Shown here piece by piece: positions 9,645 to 19,975 of a stretch of 62,215 bases of DNA. Source of the stretch: Candidatus Binatia bacterium (lineage in GTDB: Bacteria; Desulfobacterota; Binatia; Bin18); contig JAJDZM010000274.1 of the NCBI GenBank assembly GCA_022824615.1, forward strand, positions 1 to 62,215, given 5' to 3'. The notes under the pieces were generated by a model that saw nothing but the letters and a program-made list of their open reading frames with translations, searched no databases and was not told the origin of the DNA. Within the stretch, counting starts at the first letter, position 1. Each line of letters starts with the position of its first letter. The translations under genes and the position numbers were made by a program.

Positions 9645-11764
9645 ATGAACAATGGCGTTGGCTTGGGAGGACGGTGCCTCGTATGCGCTTGCAGCGTCCT
9701 CCTGATCCTATGTCTCTTCCAGCTTGGTGCTCCTCGGAGGATCGGAGCGCAAGACCATACCGGTATTGTCACCCTGCCCGAGCTGACGATTACCGCGACG
9801 CGTGAAGAACAAGCCAACTTTGAGGTGCCGCGGGCCGTCACCATTATACGGCAGAACGAGATTGCCCGGCAGACTCCCGGCGTACTGCCGGATTTGCTTC
9901 GGGGCACGAGCGGCGTATTCGTCCAGGAGACAACCCCTGGCCAAGGCACGCCGATCATTCGTGGCCTGACCGGCAGCTCGGTCTTGATGCTGGTGGACGG
10001 CATGCGGCTGAACACCGCGTTCTTCCGTCCTGCGCCGAACCAATACTCTGCCTTGGTCGATGCGTATAACGTTGAGCGTCTTGAGGTCGTGCGGGGCGCA
10101 GGCTCGGCGCTGTATGGCAGCGATGCCCTGGGTGGCGTTGTGCACATCATCACTCCGGTCCCGGAGTATCACACCCAAGACTGGCAGTTTGACGGTCGAG
10201 CGCTGGGCCGTTTTGCCAGCGCGGACCTGGCAGGGATTACCCGCCTGTCCCTGAGCGGAGGAAAACAGGGTCTAGGGGTCAGCGCCGGCCTGACCTACCA
10301 GAACCGGGAGGATCGACAGGATGGTGGTGACGACCACGTCCAGCGCCCGTCCGACTTTGATGCATATGCGGCAAACGGGACGCTCTTTACCGAATATGGC
10401 GCGCATGACGCCTTGCTGAATGTCCAGTATCTGTGCCAACCCAAGACGCCGCGCTATGATGAGTTGGTGGCCGGCTTTGGACAAACCCAGCCCAGCGCTG
10501 CCCGCTTTTTTTTGAGCCCAACGACCGTGTGTTTCTCCACGGACGCTACCGGGTGCGGCGGCCCTTGCCGTTGATTGACCGGCTGGAGTTCCGCACAGCC
10601 TTTCAGGAAATGAACGACGACCGCCGCACGCAAGCTTTCGGGAGCCCTCTGGAGCAGCGAGAACGCAACCGGAGTCGTATGGTCGGTGTGACAGCGCAAC
10701 TGACGTCACATTGGCGGGACCGGCTGTTTCTGACTTATGGGGCCGAGGTGTATCTGGACTCTATTACCAGTCGGCGCAGAGGACGGAATCGAGAAACCGG
10801 CGAACGGCTAGTCCTCCAAAGTCGGTTTGCTAATGGAGCGACCCTCAATAGCTTTGCCGGGTATGTGCAGAGTACCATCCGGCTCCACCCAAAAATGACC
10901 GCGGTGCTCGGCGGCCGGGTGAGTTATTTTGATATCGATCTCCCCCAGGCGGATCGTGAGATCGGAGTCAGTCTCGGCCTTGACGATCTGACCGGGCAGG
11001 CGGGCCTGACGTATCGTCTGACCCCCAGCGTGAACCTTGTGGCCAATATCGGCCGTGGCTTCCGGGTCCCGAACGTCTTTGATCTGTCTACCCTCGGCCC
11101 GCGACCGGGCAATCGTTTCAATATTCCGAATCCTGACCTCAAACCGGAAAAGGTGCTGAGCGTTGATACTGGACTCAAATGGTCGTTCTCCCGTCTTCGG
11201 GGCGAAGTCTTTGGGTTTTACTCGGATTTTGAGGACAAGATCGAAGCCGTCCCCACGGGAGCAGTCACGTCCGAGAACAGATTCATCGTCCAAAGCCGGA
11301 ACCTCAATTCCGTCCGTCTTCTTGGCCTAGAGGCGAGCGGACACTTCTCCGCGCGGAATGGCTGGGAACTCTTCGGATCATTCACCTACACCTGGGCGGA
11401 AGAGCGATTTCCCAATGGCGAGACGGCACCGGCCAGCCGCATCCCTCCGGCCAATGGGCGAGTGGGGACACTCTACGCCCTGACGCATAATCTTGAGCTT
11501 GAGGCCTTCTTGCGTTTTAGCGCTGATCAAAACCGGCTGAGTGCGCGCGATGAACGTGACTCACGGATCAACCCTAACGGGACACCGGGTTGGCTCACAA
11601 CCAACCTGCGCCTCAACTGGGAGATCAATGACCACGTTTCTGCGCTGCTGGCGGTTGAAAATCTTTTTGACAAATCCTACCGTGAACACGGGTCCGGGAT
11701 TAACGCGCCCGGCCTGAACGTGATTATCGCCCTGGAGGCGAGATTCTCAAGCGGTTTCCCTTAG
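9645..11764 (+). pseudogene. TonB-dependent receptor split by a frameshift at a T8 run (10506-10513)
   Basis: N-half: TonB box LPELTITATR, plug (IIRGL..VLMLVDG, VERLEVVRGAGSALYGSDALGGV); C-half: barrel ending NLFDKSY..G.NVIIALEARF; adding one T restores ARFFFEPNDRVFLH. Confidence 0.85.
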
Positions 11765-11835
11765 GTTTACTCCCGGCCGCGAATCCCCGGTCGTTCTTCC
11801 GGCCCGTTAGTGTGAGGATAGGTAGCGGTTAGTTG

Positions 11836-11880
11836 TTGACGTAGAAATTGCGAGTGAGTATACCGCCACTAGGTGGTATA
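11836..11880 (+). promoter_or_regulatory. Putative sigma70 promoter with overlapping inverted repeat (operator) upstream of hydantoinase operon
   Basis: TTGACG-N17-TATACC; TATACC-N10-GGTATA dyad overlapping the -10. Confidence 0.4.
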
Positions 11881-11959
11881 TATCTGATAGGGCGCTGAAC
11901 GGTGAGGTCCTGGGAGGGCCGAGATTCCTGCTCTCTCTACCTGTCGTGAGGGATAAGGT

Positions 11960-13978
11960 ATGACTAACGTCCGTGTTGCCGTTGATATTGGCGGTACTTT
12001 TACCGATGTCTGTGTTCTCGACGAGACCACGAATGCGCTGCACATTGCAAAAGTCCCTTCCTCCAGGGATCCCATTGACGCAGCGCTGGACGGACTCGAC
12101 AAGGCCGGCATCGCGCTCTCCGATGTGACACTGTTCGCGCACGGCACCACGGTTGCAACCAACGCGCTGATTGAGCGCAACCTGCCCCACACCGCCATGG
12201 TCGTCACCGAAGGCTTTCGCGACGTTATCGAAATTGGCCGGTCCACGAAAGAAGATTTATGGGACGCCTACCGTGATAACCCCCCGCCGTATATTCGCCG
12301 GCGGGACCGCCTGCCTATTGCGGAGCGCACCGATTCCTCGGGCAGGGTTGAGAAGCCGATTGATGTTGTCGAGGCGCGCACGCTTGCGGCGAAACTGCGC
12401 AAACGCAAATACGAGGCCGTGGCCATCTGCTTTATGAACTCGTTCGCAAACATGGCGAACGAGCAGGCGCTGAAGGCTATTCTTGAAGAAGAACTGCCTG
12501 GGGTAGCCATCTCGACGTCGGCCGAGGTCCTGCCCGAAATCTTTGAGCATGACCGGTTTTCCACCGCGGTCGTCAACGCCGTGCTGCACCCGGTGATCGG
12601 GGCTTATACCCTGCGTCTGCAAGAGCGGCTGAAACAGGGCGGCTATACCAGCGATGTGCTGCTCCTCCATAGCGGCGGTGGGGTGATGACGCCTCAGGGC
12701 GTGGGCTCGCAGGCCGCGCGCTTGGCGAGTTCTGGTATTGCCGCCGGTGCCATCGCAAACCGTTACATCGGCAACCTGTGCGGGTTTCCCAATTCGATAG
12801 GCTTCGATATGGGTGGCACCAGTACGGACGTGTCGCTGGTGTGGGACTCGCAGATGTTGACGACCCGTGACTGGCATATTGAGCACGGACATCCGATCTG
12901 TTTCCCGAGTATCGATATCAAGACCATTGGAGCCGGGGGTGGCTCGATTGCCTGGATCGATGAGGCGGGCTCGCTCCGCAACGGCCCGCAGTCGGCCGGC
13001 TCCATACCGGGTCCCGCCTGCTATGGCCGCGGCGGCGAGAATCCCACCAATACCGATGCCAACCTGATCCTGGGGCGTTTGGGTGGAGACCTGGTCGGCG
13101 GAAACCTCGACCTCGACCTGGCTCGCGCGACCGCGGCGATTGAGCAAAAAATTGCGCGCCCCCTCGGCATGGATGTGAAGACCGCTGCCAGGGCAATTCT
13201 CAATGTTGCTAACGCCAATACGGCGGACGCCATTCGTCTGGTGTCTATTATGCGCGGCTACGACCCCCGCGACTTCGCGCTGGTTGCCTTTGGCGGGGCT
13301 GGACCGCTGCACGGGGTCGCGTTGGCTACAGAGCTGTCCATCCCGACGGTCATCGTCCCACCCCACCCCGGGGTGACCTCTGCTATGGGTTGCTTGCTGG
13401 TTGACATCCAACACGATCTCCTGACGACCTATCTGGTCGATACGGCAAAGGCCGACCCCCAGGCAATAGAAGCGGAGTTTCGACTGCTCGAAGCGGAGGC
13501 GCACTCGCGGCTGACCAAAGAGGGAGTTGCGGGCAAAGACATTATCCTCAAGCGGACGATCGACATGCGCTATAGCGGCCAGTGGCGGTCGCTTGCCGTA
13601 CCTGTCGGGACGCCCTTTACCAGTGTGGAGGAGGTCGTTGACGCTTTCGGTGCGGCGCACGAGCGGGAGTATAACTACCGGCGTACCGGCGCCGGCGTCG
13701 AGATCTTTCGCCTGAACCTGACGGCGGTCGGTCTGACGCCCAAAGCCGAACTGGCCAGGCACGTCGCTGGTACGGCCAGACCCGAGCCGCGAGCCTGGCG
13801 CAAGGTTGGGTTTGATGAAGAGGCGTTGGAGACACCGATTTACTGGCGAGACGATTTGTCGAGTGGCGCGGAACTGCCCGGGCCGGCCGTGGTCCAGCAG
13901 CTCGACTCGACCACCCTCGTGCCGCCGGGAGCTTCGGTTACGGTTGACCCGTGGCTGAATCTCATCATTACGGTCTGA
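11960..13978 (+). CDS. Hydantoinase A / 5-oxoprolinase family (ATP-dependent lactam hydrolase subunit)
   Basis: VDIGGTFTD, HGTTVATNA, FDMGGTSTDV, IGAGGGSIA, FGGAGPLH. Confidence 0.93.
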   Translation: MTNVRVAVDIGGTFTDVCVLDETTNALHIAKVPSSRDPIDAALDGLDKAGIALSDVTLFAHGTTVATNALIERNLPHTAMVVTEGFRDVIEIGRSTKEDLWDAYRDNPPPYIRRRDRLPIAERTDSSGRVEKPIDVVEARTLAAKLRKRKYEAVAICFMNSFANMANEQALKAILEEELPGVAISTSAEVLPEIFEHDRFSTAVVNAVLHPVIGAYTLRLQERLKQGGYTSDVLLLHSGGGVMTPQGVGSQAARLASSGIAAGAIANRYIGNLCGFPNSIGFDMGGTSTDVSLVWDSQMLTTRDWHIEHGHPICFPSIDIKTIGAGGGSIAWIDEAGSLRNGPQSAGSIPGPACYGRGGENPTNTDANLILGRLGGDLVGGNLDLDLARATAAIEQKIARPLGMDVKTAARAILNVANANTADAIRLVSIMRGYDPRDFALVAFGGAGPLHGVALATELSIPTVIVPPHPGVTSAMGCLLVDIQHDLLTTYLVDTAKADPQAIEAEFRLLEAEAHSRLTKEGVAGKDIILKRTIDMRYSGQWRSLAVPVGTPFTSVEEVVDAFGAAHEREYNYRRTGAGVEIFRLNLTAVGLTPKAELARHVAGTARPEPRAWRKVGFDEEALETPIYWRDDLSSGAELPGPAVVQQLDSTTLVPPGASVTVDPWLNLIITV

Positions 13979-13994
13979 GACTGAGGATGCAATC

Positions 13995-15974
13995 ATGACC
14001 AAATTACCCACACTCAGCACGACCCTCGACCCGGTCACCTTCGAGGTGTTACGCAACGCTTTCGTGAATATCGTGGATCAGATGGCAGAGCAGGTGCGTC
14101 GGACCTGTTACTCCTTCGTGGTCTATAATCGCGATTTCTCCAACGCGCTGTGCGATGCCGAAGGGAATACCGTGGCCCAGGGAAACCAGGACCTGGCAGC
14201 CCACGTCGGGACTCTGCACTACACCTGTAAAGCTGTCATCGACGAGTTTGGCGACGATATCCATCCGGGGGATATCTTCCTGATCAATGACCCGTATGTG
14301 GGCGGAACGCACTTCAACGATACCCGGGTGCTGTTACCGATTTTTGTTGACGGCAGGCTCATCGCCTGGAGCCAGGCGAACGGGCACTGGGCGGATATGG
14401 GTGGTAGCGTGCCGGGATCGTTTGATGTCAGTGCACGAGAGATGTTCAAAGAGGGTATCCGCGTGCCACCGGTCAAGATCTGGCGGCGGGGCGAGTACTG
14501 TCGCGATGTGGCGCGCCTGGTGGCCAAGAACACCCGCGACCCCGATGCCATCATCGGCGATATGGATGCCCAGACCCAGGCAACCCGTATTGCCGAACGA
14601 GAAATTCTCCGCTTGTGCGACAAATACGGCGTTGAGACTATCATCACCGCATTTGCAGAAGTTCAGGATTACGTCGAACGCGCGATACGCCTCCGCCTGA
14701 GCGAACTGCCTGACGGGTCGTGGGAGACGGTCGATTTTGTCGATCAGGATCCGGCCGGGCAAGAAGGGATGATCCCCATCCGGGTTAAACTGACGATCAG
14801 GGGTGACGAGGCGGAATTCGACCTCAGCGGTTCTCACCCAACGATAGGCTCCATCTACAACTGTGCCTTCGGGGGAACCTTTGCCGGCATTGTGTCCGGT
14901 ATGAAAACGTTTTTTCCAGACGTCCCGCTGAACGCCGGATTGTATCGGACCGTCAAGGTCGTTGTTTCCGACGATACCATCGTCAGTGCACGCTGGCCGG
15001 TGGCGGTATCCGGCTTTGTCATGGGCTTCGAGAAGATCATGAATGCGATCTTTGAGCTGTTCTCCGCCCTCATGCCGGAGCGGGCCATGGCGTGCGCCTT
15101 TAACATCGAGTATCTGCAAACCGGTGGCTATGACGCCCGCGGAGATGACCGTCCCTATTTTATGCTGTACGACTGGCTGTCCGGCGGCTGGGGTGGCCGG
15201 AACGGCCGGGACGGTCTCGGCGTGACGGCCTCGTGCTTTGGTGTGGGCTTGATGATCCAGCCGGTTGAAGGCCAGGAACGGCTGTGTCCGGTTCGGACCG
15301 ACCGTTTTGAGATCGTCACCGACAGCGCCGGCCCTGGGGAATGGCGGGGTGGCGTTGGACTCGACAAAGGCGGCACCATCCTGGACGTGGAAAACTGCGT
15401 GTTCTCCTATTTCTGCGATCGTGAACGGTCGATCGTGTGGGGTATTGAGGGCGGCCTCCCGGCGCGTCCGCATGGGCTCTGGCTTGAACCACCGGGTGAG
15501 GAGGCGCGCTTCCTGGGCGCGGTGTTCTCGAATGTTCCCGTGCATACCGGCGCGCGTTTCTGGCGGGGGACCTCGGGCGGCGGAGGCTATGGTGATCCAC
15601 TCAAACGCGACCCGCAAAGAGTGCTCGAAGACGTCGTGGATGACTATGTGTCGGTCGAGCGGGCACGCAAAGACTACGGCGTCGTGCTCACGGTCATTGA
15701 CGAGGACTTGGCGGAGTACGAAATCGATGAAACCGCCACCCGGGCAGAACGCCGACGGATCGCCGCGCAGCGCAAGTGCTGGTTGGAGGAGGACCCGCAG
15801 CAGGTTGCCGAGCGCTTCCGCACGGGCCAGCTCGACCTGTACGATGTGATTCGCCAGTATGGGGTCATCTGTGATTGGGGGACCGGTGAGTTATTGCCCA
15901 ACTCGACCCGCGCCTTCCGCCAGATGATGAAGGCGCGGAGTATGCCGTACTGGGCGGATGAGGCAAATGTATGA
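13995..15974 (+). CDS. Hydantoinase B / 5-oxoprolinase family subunit
   Basis: LDPVTFEVL, RDFSNAL, NDPYVGGTHFND, HWADMGG, GGGGYGDP. Confidence 0.93.
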   Translation: MTKLPTLSTTLDPVTFEVLRNAFVNIVDQMAEQVRRTCYSFVVYNRDFSNALCDAEGNTVAQGNQDLAAHVGTLHYTCKAVIDEFGDDIHPGDIFLINDPYVGGTHFNDTRVLLPIFVDGRLIAWSQANGHWADMGGSVPGSFDVSAREMFKEGIRVPPVKIWRRGEYCRDVARLVAKNTRDPDAIIGDMDAQTQATRIAEREILRLCDKYGVETIITAFAEVQDYVERAIRLRLSELPDGSWETVDFVDQDPAGQEGMIPIRVKLTIRGDEAEFDLSGSHPTIGSIYNCAFGGTFAGIVSGMKTFFPDVPLNAGLYRTVKVVVSDDTIVSARWPVAVSGFVMGFEKIMNAIFELFSALMPERAMACAFNIEYLQTGGYDARGDDRPYFMLYDWLSGGWGGRNGRDGLGVTASCFGVGLMIQPVEGQERLCPVRTDRFEIVTDSAGPGEWRGGVGLDKGGTILDVENCVFSYFCDRERSIVWGIEGGLPARPHGLWLEPPGEEARFLGAVFSNVPVHTGARFWRGTSGGGGYGDPLKRDPQRVLEDVVDDYVSVERARKDYGVVLTVIDEDLAEYEIDETATRAERRRIAAQRKCWLEEDPQQVAERFRTGQLDLYDVIRQYGVICDWGTGELLPNSTRAFRQMMKARSMPYWADEANV

Positions 15975-16008
15975 CTAATGGGCATATAGACCAACGGAGG
16001 AGCGAACC

Positions 16009-17403
16009 ATGAACGAGCCAGGAACACTAACGCCGCTCGGCAGGCGCGACCTTGCCAGCGTGTTTCACCCTATGGCCCAGATCGCCACCCTGAACGAACA
16101 GGGTCCGCTGATGATCGTGCGGGGCGAAGGAATTTATGTCTGGGACGAAGACGGCAAGCAGTATATTGACGGGCTGGCCGGACTCTGGTGCACGTCGCTC
16201 GGCTATGGCAACGAAGAGCTCGCCCAGACTGCCTACGAGCAGATCAAGAAGCTGTCCTATGGCCACCTTTTCGCCGACAAGAGCCACGACACGGCCATGC
16301 AGCTCGCGGAAAAGCTCAAGGCAGTAGTACCGGGTGGGTTTTCCAAAGTCTTTTTCGGGCTCTCGGGTTCTGACGCGAACGACACGCAGATCAAGCTCAT
16401 GCGCTATTACAATAATGCCGTCGGACGACCTGAGAAGAAAAAAATCATCGCCCGGAACAAAGCCTACCACGGCGTGACGTTCGCCGCGGCCAGTGCGACC
16501 GGCCTGGCCCCCTTTCACCAGGGGTTTGATCTGCCAGTCGAGAGTTTTCTGCATACCGACTGCCCACACTACTACCGCTTTCATGAGCCCGGCGAAAGTG
16601 AAGAGGACTTTACCACTCGGCTGGCCGATAACCTGGAGCGGCTCATCCTGGCGGAAAACCCGGACACGGTTGCGGCGTTTATTGCCGAACCGATTATGGG
16701 CGCGGGGGGTGTGCTGGCGCCGCCGGATTCGTATTTCCCGAAGATCCAGCGGGTGCTGAAAAAATACGATGTCCTGTTCATCGACGACGAGGTCATCACT
16801 GGCTTTGGCCGGACGGGCAACCCTTTTGCCGCCCAGACCTTTGATCTCCAGCCGGCCACCATATCTCTGGCCAAGTCGCTGACCTCGGCCTATCTGCCGT
16901 TGAGCGCGGTCATGATCCCCGAGTTCATCTATCAGGCAGTTGCCGAGGTGAGCAAAGAATGGGGGATATTTGGTCATGGCTTTACCTATAGCGGTCATCC
17001 CGTTTCGGCTGCGTTGGGGCTCAAGGTACTCGAAATCTACGAAAGAGACGGCATTTTCGAGCGGGCGTCCCGACTCGGTGAGCAGTTTCAGGCTCACCTG
17101 CAACAGCTGGCCGACCATCCGCTGGTCGGCGAGGTACGCGGCAAGGGGCTGGTCGGTGCGTGCGAGTTGGTGATGGACAAGGCGACCGGCCAGGCTTTTG
17201 ATCCAGACGCGGCAGTCGGCAAATACGGCCTGGCCCGCATGAAAGACAACGGTCTGATTTCCCGGGCCATCGGCGACACGCTGGCGCTGTGTCCGCCGCT
17301 CATCGTCTCCGCGGATGAAGTGGACGAGATCTTCGTACGCTATGCAAAGGGGTTGGATGAGACCCTGGACTGGGTCACGCGCCAAGGCTTGCTGGCGGCC
17401 TGA
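16009..17403 (+). CDS. Class III PLP aminotransferase (omega-amino acid/putrescine type)
   Basis: YIDGLAGLWC, SGSDAND, AYHG, FIAEPIMGAGG, DEVITGFGRTG, LAKSLTSAYLP. Confidence 0.93.
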   Translation: MNEPGTLTPLGRRDLASVFHPMAQIATLNEQGPLMIVRGEGIYVWDEDGKQYIDGLAGLWCTSLGYGNEELAQTAYEQIKKLSYGHLFADKSHDTAMQLAEKLKAVVPGGFSKVFFGLSGSDANDTQIKLMRYYNNAVGRPEKKKIIARNKAYHGVTFAAASATGLAPFHQGFDLPVESFLHTDCPHYYRFHEPGESEEDFTTRLADNLERLILAENPDTVAAFIAEPIMGAGGVLAPPDSYFPKIQRVLKKYDVLFIDDEVITGFGRTGNPFAAQTFDLQPATISLAKSLTSAYLPLSAVMIPEFIYQAVAEVSKEWGIFGHGFTYSGHPVSAALGLKVLEIYERDGIFERASRLGEQFQAHLQQLADHPLVGEVRGKGLVGACELVMDKATGQAFDPDAAVGKYGLARMKDNGLISRAIGDTLALCPPLIVSADEVDEIFVRYAKGLDETLDWVTRQGLLAA

Positions 17404-17454
17404 ATCCAGGCGCGTCATATTGATGGCCGCGATGCTCTGCCCTGGCCCGATTAC

Positions 17455-17478
17455 CAGCCCCACCTGAGGGTGGGGCTG
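17455..17478. terminator. Hairpin between convergent genes (putative bidirectional terminator)
   Basis: CAGCCCCACC-TGAG-GGTGGGGCTG perfect 10-bp stem. Confidence 0.55.
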
Positions 17479-17489
17479 CTGAGGATTAA

Positions 17490-17921
17490 TTATTCCGGCA
17501 GCGCCTCGCCGGAGCCGCCCATCTCGGCCGGCACATCTTTCTGTTTGACAATGCCGTCGTGGATACGCAGCACGGTTTCCTCGTAGAAGACGTGCACGCC
17601 GGGCTGAAAAGGAAGGTCCGGTATAACGGCCGCATACACATCGGTCAGACCCATGCCGGGATGCTCGGTAAACACGTGGCCGCCACAGGCCGTGCACCAT
17701 TTACGGTGACTATTGTCGGTCTTGGCATAACTGCCGAGCTTGTCCGCCCCTTGGGTGACCTGGACTGCATCGGGCGGCCATAAGGTAAAGGCATTGACCG
17801 GTCCCGCCGACCAGTGGCGGCACGACTCACAGTGGCAGTAGCCCATGGCCGCGGGGGCGCCACTGACGGTCAACTGCACGGCCCCACAGAAACAACTCCC
17901 GTTATAGGTGTTCTCGCTCAT
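17490..17921 (-). CDS. GFA / CENP-V family Zn protein
   Basis: GSCFCGAV, YCHCESCR, KWCTACG. Confidence 0.92.
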   Translation of the reverse strand: MSENTYNGSCFCGAVQLTVSGAPAAMGYCHCESCRHWSAGPVNAFTLWPPDAVQVTQGADKLGSYAKTDNSHRKWCTACGGHVFTEHPGMGLTDVYAAVIPDLPFQPGVHVFYEETVLRIHDGIVKQKDVPAEMGGSGEALPE

Positions 17922-18141
17922 CCTTTCTCCTCCTGTTGGTTTGCGGTTTCTCCAATCCCTGCTTGCCTCCTTGTTACCTAGCCCCCCAGGGCTGGCCTCG
18001 CAACCCCGCGTCGTCGCTGCGCGCGTCGTACAGGGCGGCTTTCTCCCGCATTACTCTCAAGCCGCTTGCCATACCGGCGGCGAACCCTATATGGTGCTCC
18101 CGGCAAATATCAGTCTCAGACAAATCGAAGGAGGTTTCTGC

Positions 18142-19866
18142 ATGCATGAGATAGTCATTCGTGGTGGAAAAATTGTTGACGGAACGGGGAAGCCGGCTTT
18201 TATGGGCGACGTGGCCATTGCCGATGGGCGCATTGCCGCCGTTGGTAAAGACCTGGGAGGCGCTAAGCAGACGGTGAATGCCGATGGTCTGCTGGTGACG
18301 CCGGCCTGGGTCGATGCGCATACCCACTATGACGGTCAGGTGGCCTGGGACGAACAAATGACCCCGTCACTCTGGCACGGCGTTTCGACCGTGGTCATGG
18401 GTAACTGCGGGGTGGGCTTTGCTCCGGCCACGCCGGACCGCCACGAGTGGCTGATTGGTCTCATGGAGGGGGTGGAAGACATTCCCGCTCCGTCGCTGTC
18501 GGCCGGGCTGCCGTGGGGCTGGCAGAGCTTTGCCGAATACCTCGATGTGCTGGATAAGATGCCCCGCACCTTGGACGCGGGCGGCATGATTACGCACGGC
18601 GCGGTGCGGGCCTTTGTCATGGGTGAACGCGGCGCAAAGAACGAGCCCGCGACCGAAGAGGACATTGCCAAGATGGGCGCTATTGTCAAAGACGCCGTCC
18701 TCGCCGGTGCCTTGGGCTTTTCGAGTTCACGGACTCTGGTGCATACGGCCAATGACGGCGAACCCGTCCCCGGCACGTTCGCCCATGAAAACGAGTTGAT
18801 CGGAATTGCCCAGGCTGTGCGCTCAACCGGCCGCGGCATTTTCGAGATGGTGCCGCGCGGTATTGCCGGCGAAGACCCGGACCTGCTGCCAGAAGTGGAC
18901 ATGATGATTCGGATCTCCCGGGCGACGGGCTGTCCGCTGACTTTCCTCCTGGCCCAGAATAATACCTATCCCGCCCAATGGCGTGAGGTTATGGCTAAAT
19001 GTACCGCCGCGGTTGAAGGTGGCGTCCCGATCACGCCGATGGTGTTTGCCCGTCCGGTGTGTGTGCTGTTCAGCTTTCAGGGGGATAATCCATTTGAATA
19101 TCTGCCGAGTTTTCAACCCCTGAAAAAACTGTCTCACGACGAAAAGATGGCCGCGCTGCGTAATCCTGAGTTGCGCCACAAGCTGGTCACGGAACAGGAC
19201 CCCAACACCACCGGCATGTCCCTGCTGTATCAGAACGAGCGGGTCTGGGAGCGGACCTATCCCATGGGCGAGGAGCTGAGCTATGAGCCGAGTGCCGACA
19301 AGAGCATTGCTGTCCTTGCCGCTCGCGAAGGCCGCAGCCCGCGCGAGGTGGTCTATGACTTGATGCTCGAACAAAACGGCCGGGCCTTTTTGATGTATGC
19401 TGCGGCCGGCTATGCGGATGGCAACGCAGAGCCGCTTCATGAACTGATCTGTGATCCCATTACGGTCATGGGCGGCAGCGATGCGGGCGCCCACGTGCGA
19501 CAGATTATTGACGCCGGTGTCCCGACCTATGCCCTGACCCACTGGGCGCGGGACAAAGCCGAGGAAGATCCCAAGCGCTTGCCGCTTGAGTTTGTGGTGA
19601 AGAAACTCACCCACGATGGCGCGCGTCTGTTTGGCATGCAAGACCGTGGCACGCTTGAGCCAGGGGCCAAGGCGGATGTGAACCTGATTGATTACGACAA
19701 TCTGAGCGTCAGCCATCCCGAGATGATCTACGATCTGCCGGCCGGGATGCCACGTCTGATGCAGACCGCTCAAGGCTACGAGAAAACCTATGTGAGCGGA
19801 GAAGTCGTTCAGGAAAACGGAAAAGACACGGGTGCACGGCCAGGCCGTATTGTCCGCAGTGCGTAA
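18142..19866 (+). CDS. N-acyl-D-amino-acid deacylase-like amidohydrolase; paralog of 50779-52524
   Basis: VIRGGKIVDGTG, VDAHTHYDGQ, VVMGNCGVGFAP, GGSDAGAH; start ATG 18142 after GGAGG (ORF track start is too long). Confidence 0.9.
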   Translation: MHEIVIRGGKIVDGTGKPAFMGDVAIADGRIAAVGKDLGGAKQTVNADGLLVTPAWVDAHTHYDGQVAWDEQMTPSLWHGVSTVVMGNCGVGFAPATPDRHEWLIGLMEGVEDIPAPSLSAGLPWGWQSFAEYLDVLDKMPRTLDAGGMITHGAVRAFVMGERGAKNEPATEEDIAKMGAIVKDAVLAGALGFSSSRTLVHTANDGEPVPGTFAHENELIGIAQAVRSTGRGIFEMVPRGIAGEDPDLLPEVDMMIRISRATGCPLTFLLAQNNTYPAQWREVMAKCTAAVEGGVPITPMVFARPVCVLFSFQGDNPFEYLPSFQPLKKLSHDEKMAALRNPELRHKLVTEQDPNTTGMSLLYQNERVWERTYPMGEELSYEPSADKSIAVLAAREGRSPREVVYDLMLEQNGRAFLMYAAAGYADGNAEPLHELICDPITVMGGSDAGAHVRQIIDAGVPTYALTHWARDKAEEDPKRLPLEFVVKKLTHDGARLFGMQDRGTLEPGAKADVNLIDYDNLSVSHPEMIYDLPAGMPRLMQTAQGYEKTYVSGEVVQENGKDTGARPGRIVRSA

Positions 19867-19975
19867 AGTGCTTTGTCTGCTGATGATGGGAGTGGGCGGG
19901 CAGCCCGCTCCCGCTTCCCTTCCCCAGAGCTGATAATCCCCATCGTGGTCGTATGAATCGTAAGGAGGGCAAGGT

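Noticed and set aside
12257-17700. Long antisense ORFs (12257-14056, 14334-15617, 16027-17700) and similar ones elsewhere
   Set aside because: Shadow frames of well-supported GC-rich genes on the opposite strand; no motifs
17908-18141. N-terminal extension of the deacylase given in the ORF track
   Set aside because: Overlaps the divergent GFA gene start; family homology and SD point to ATG 18142
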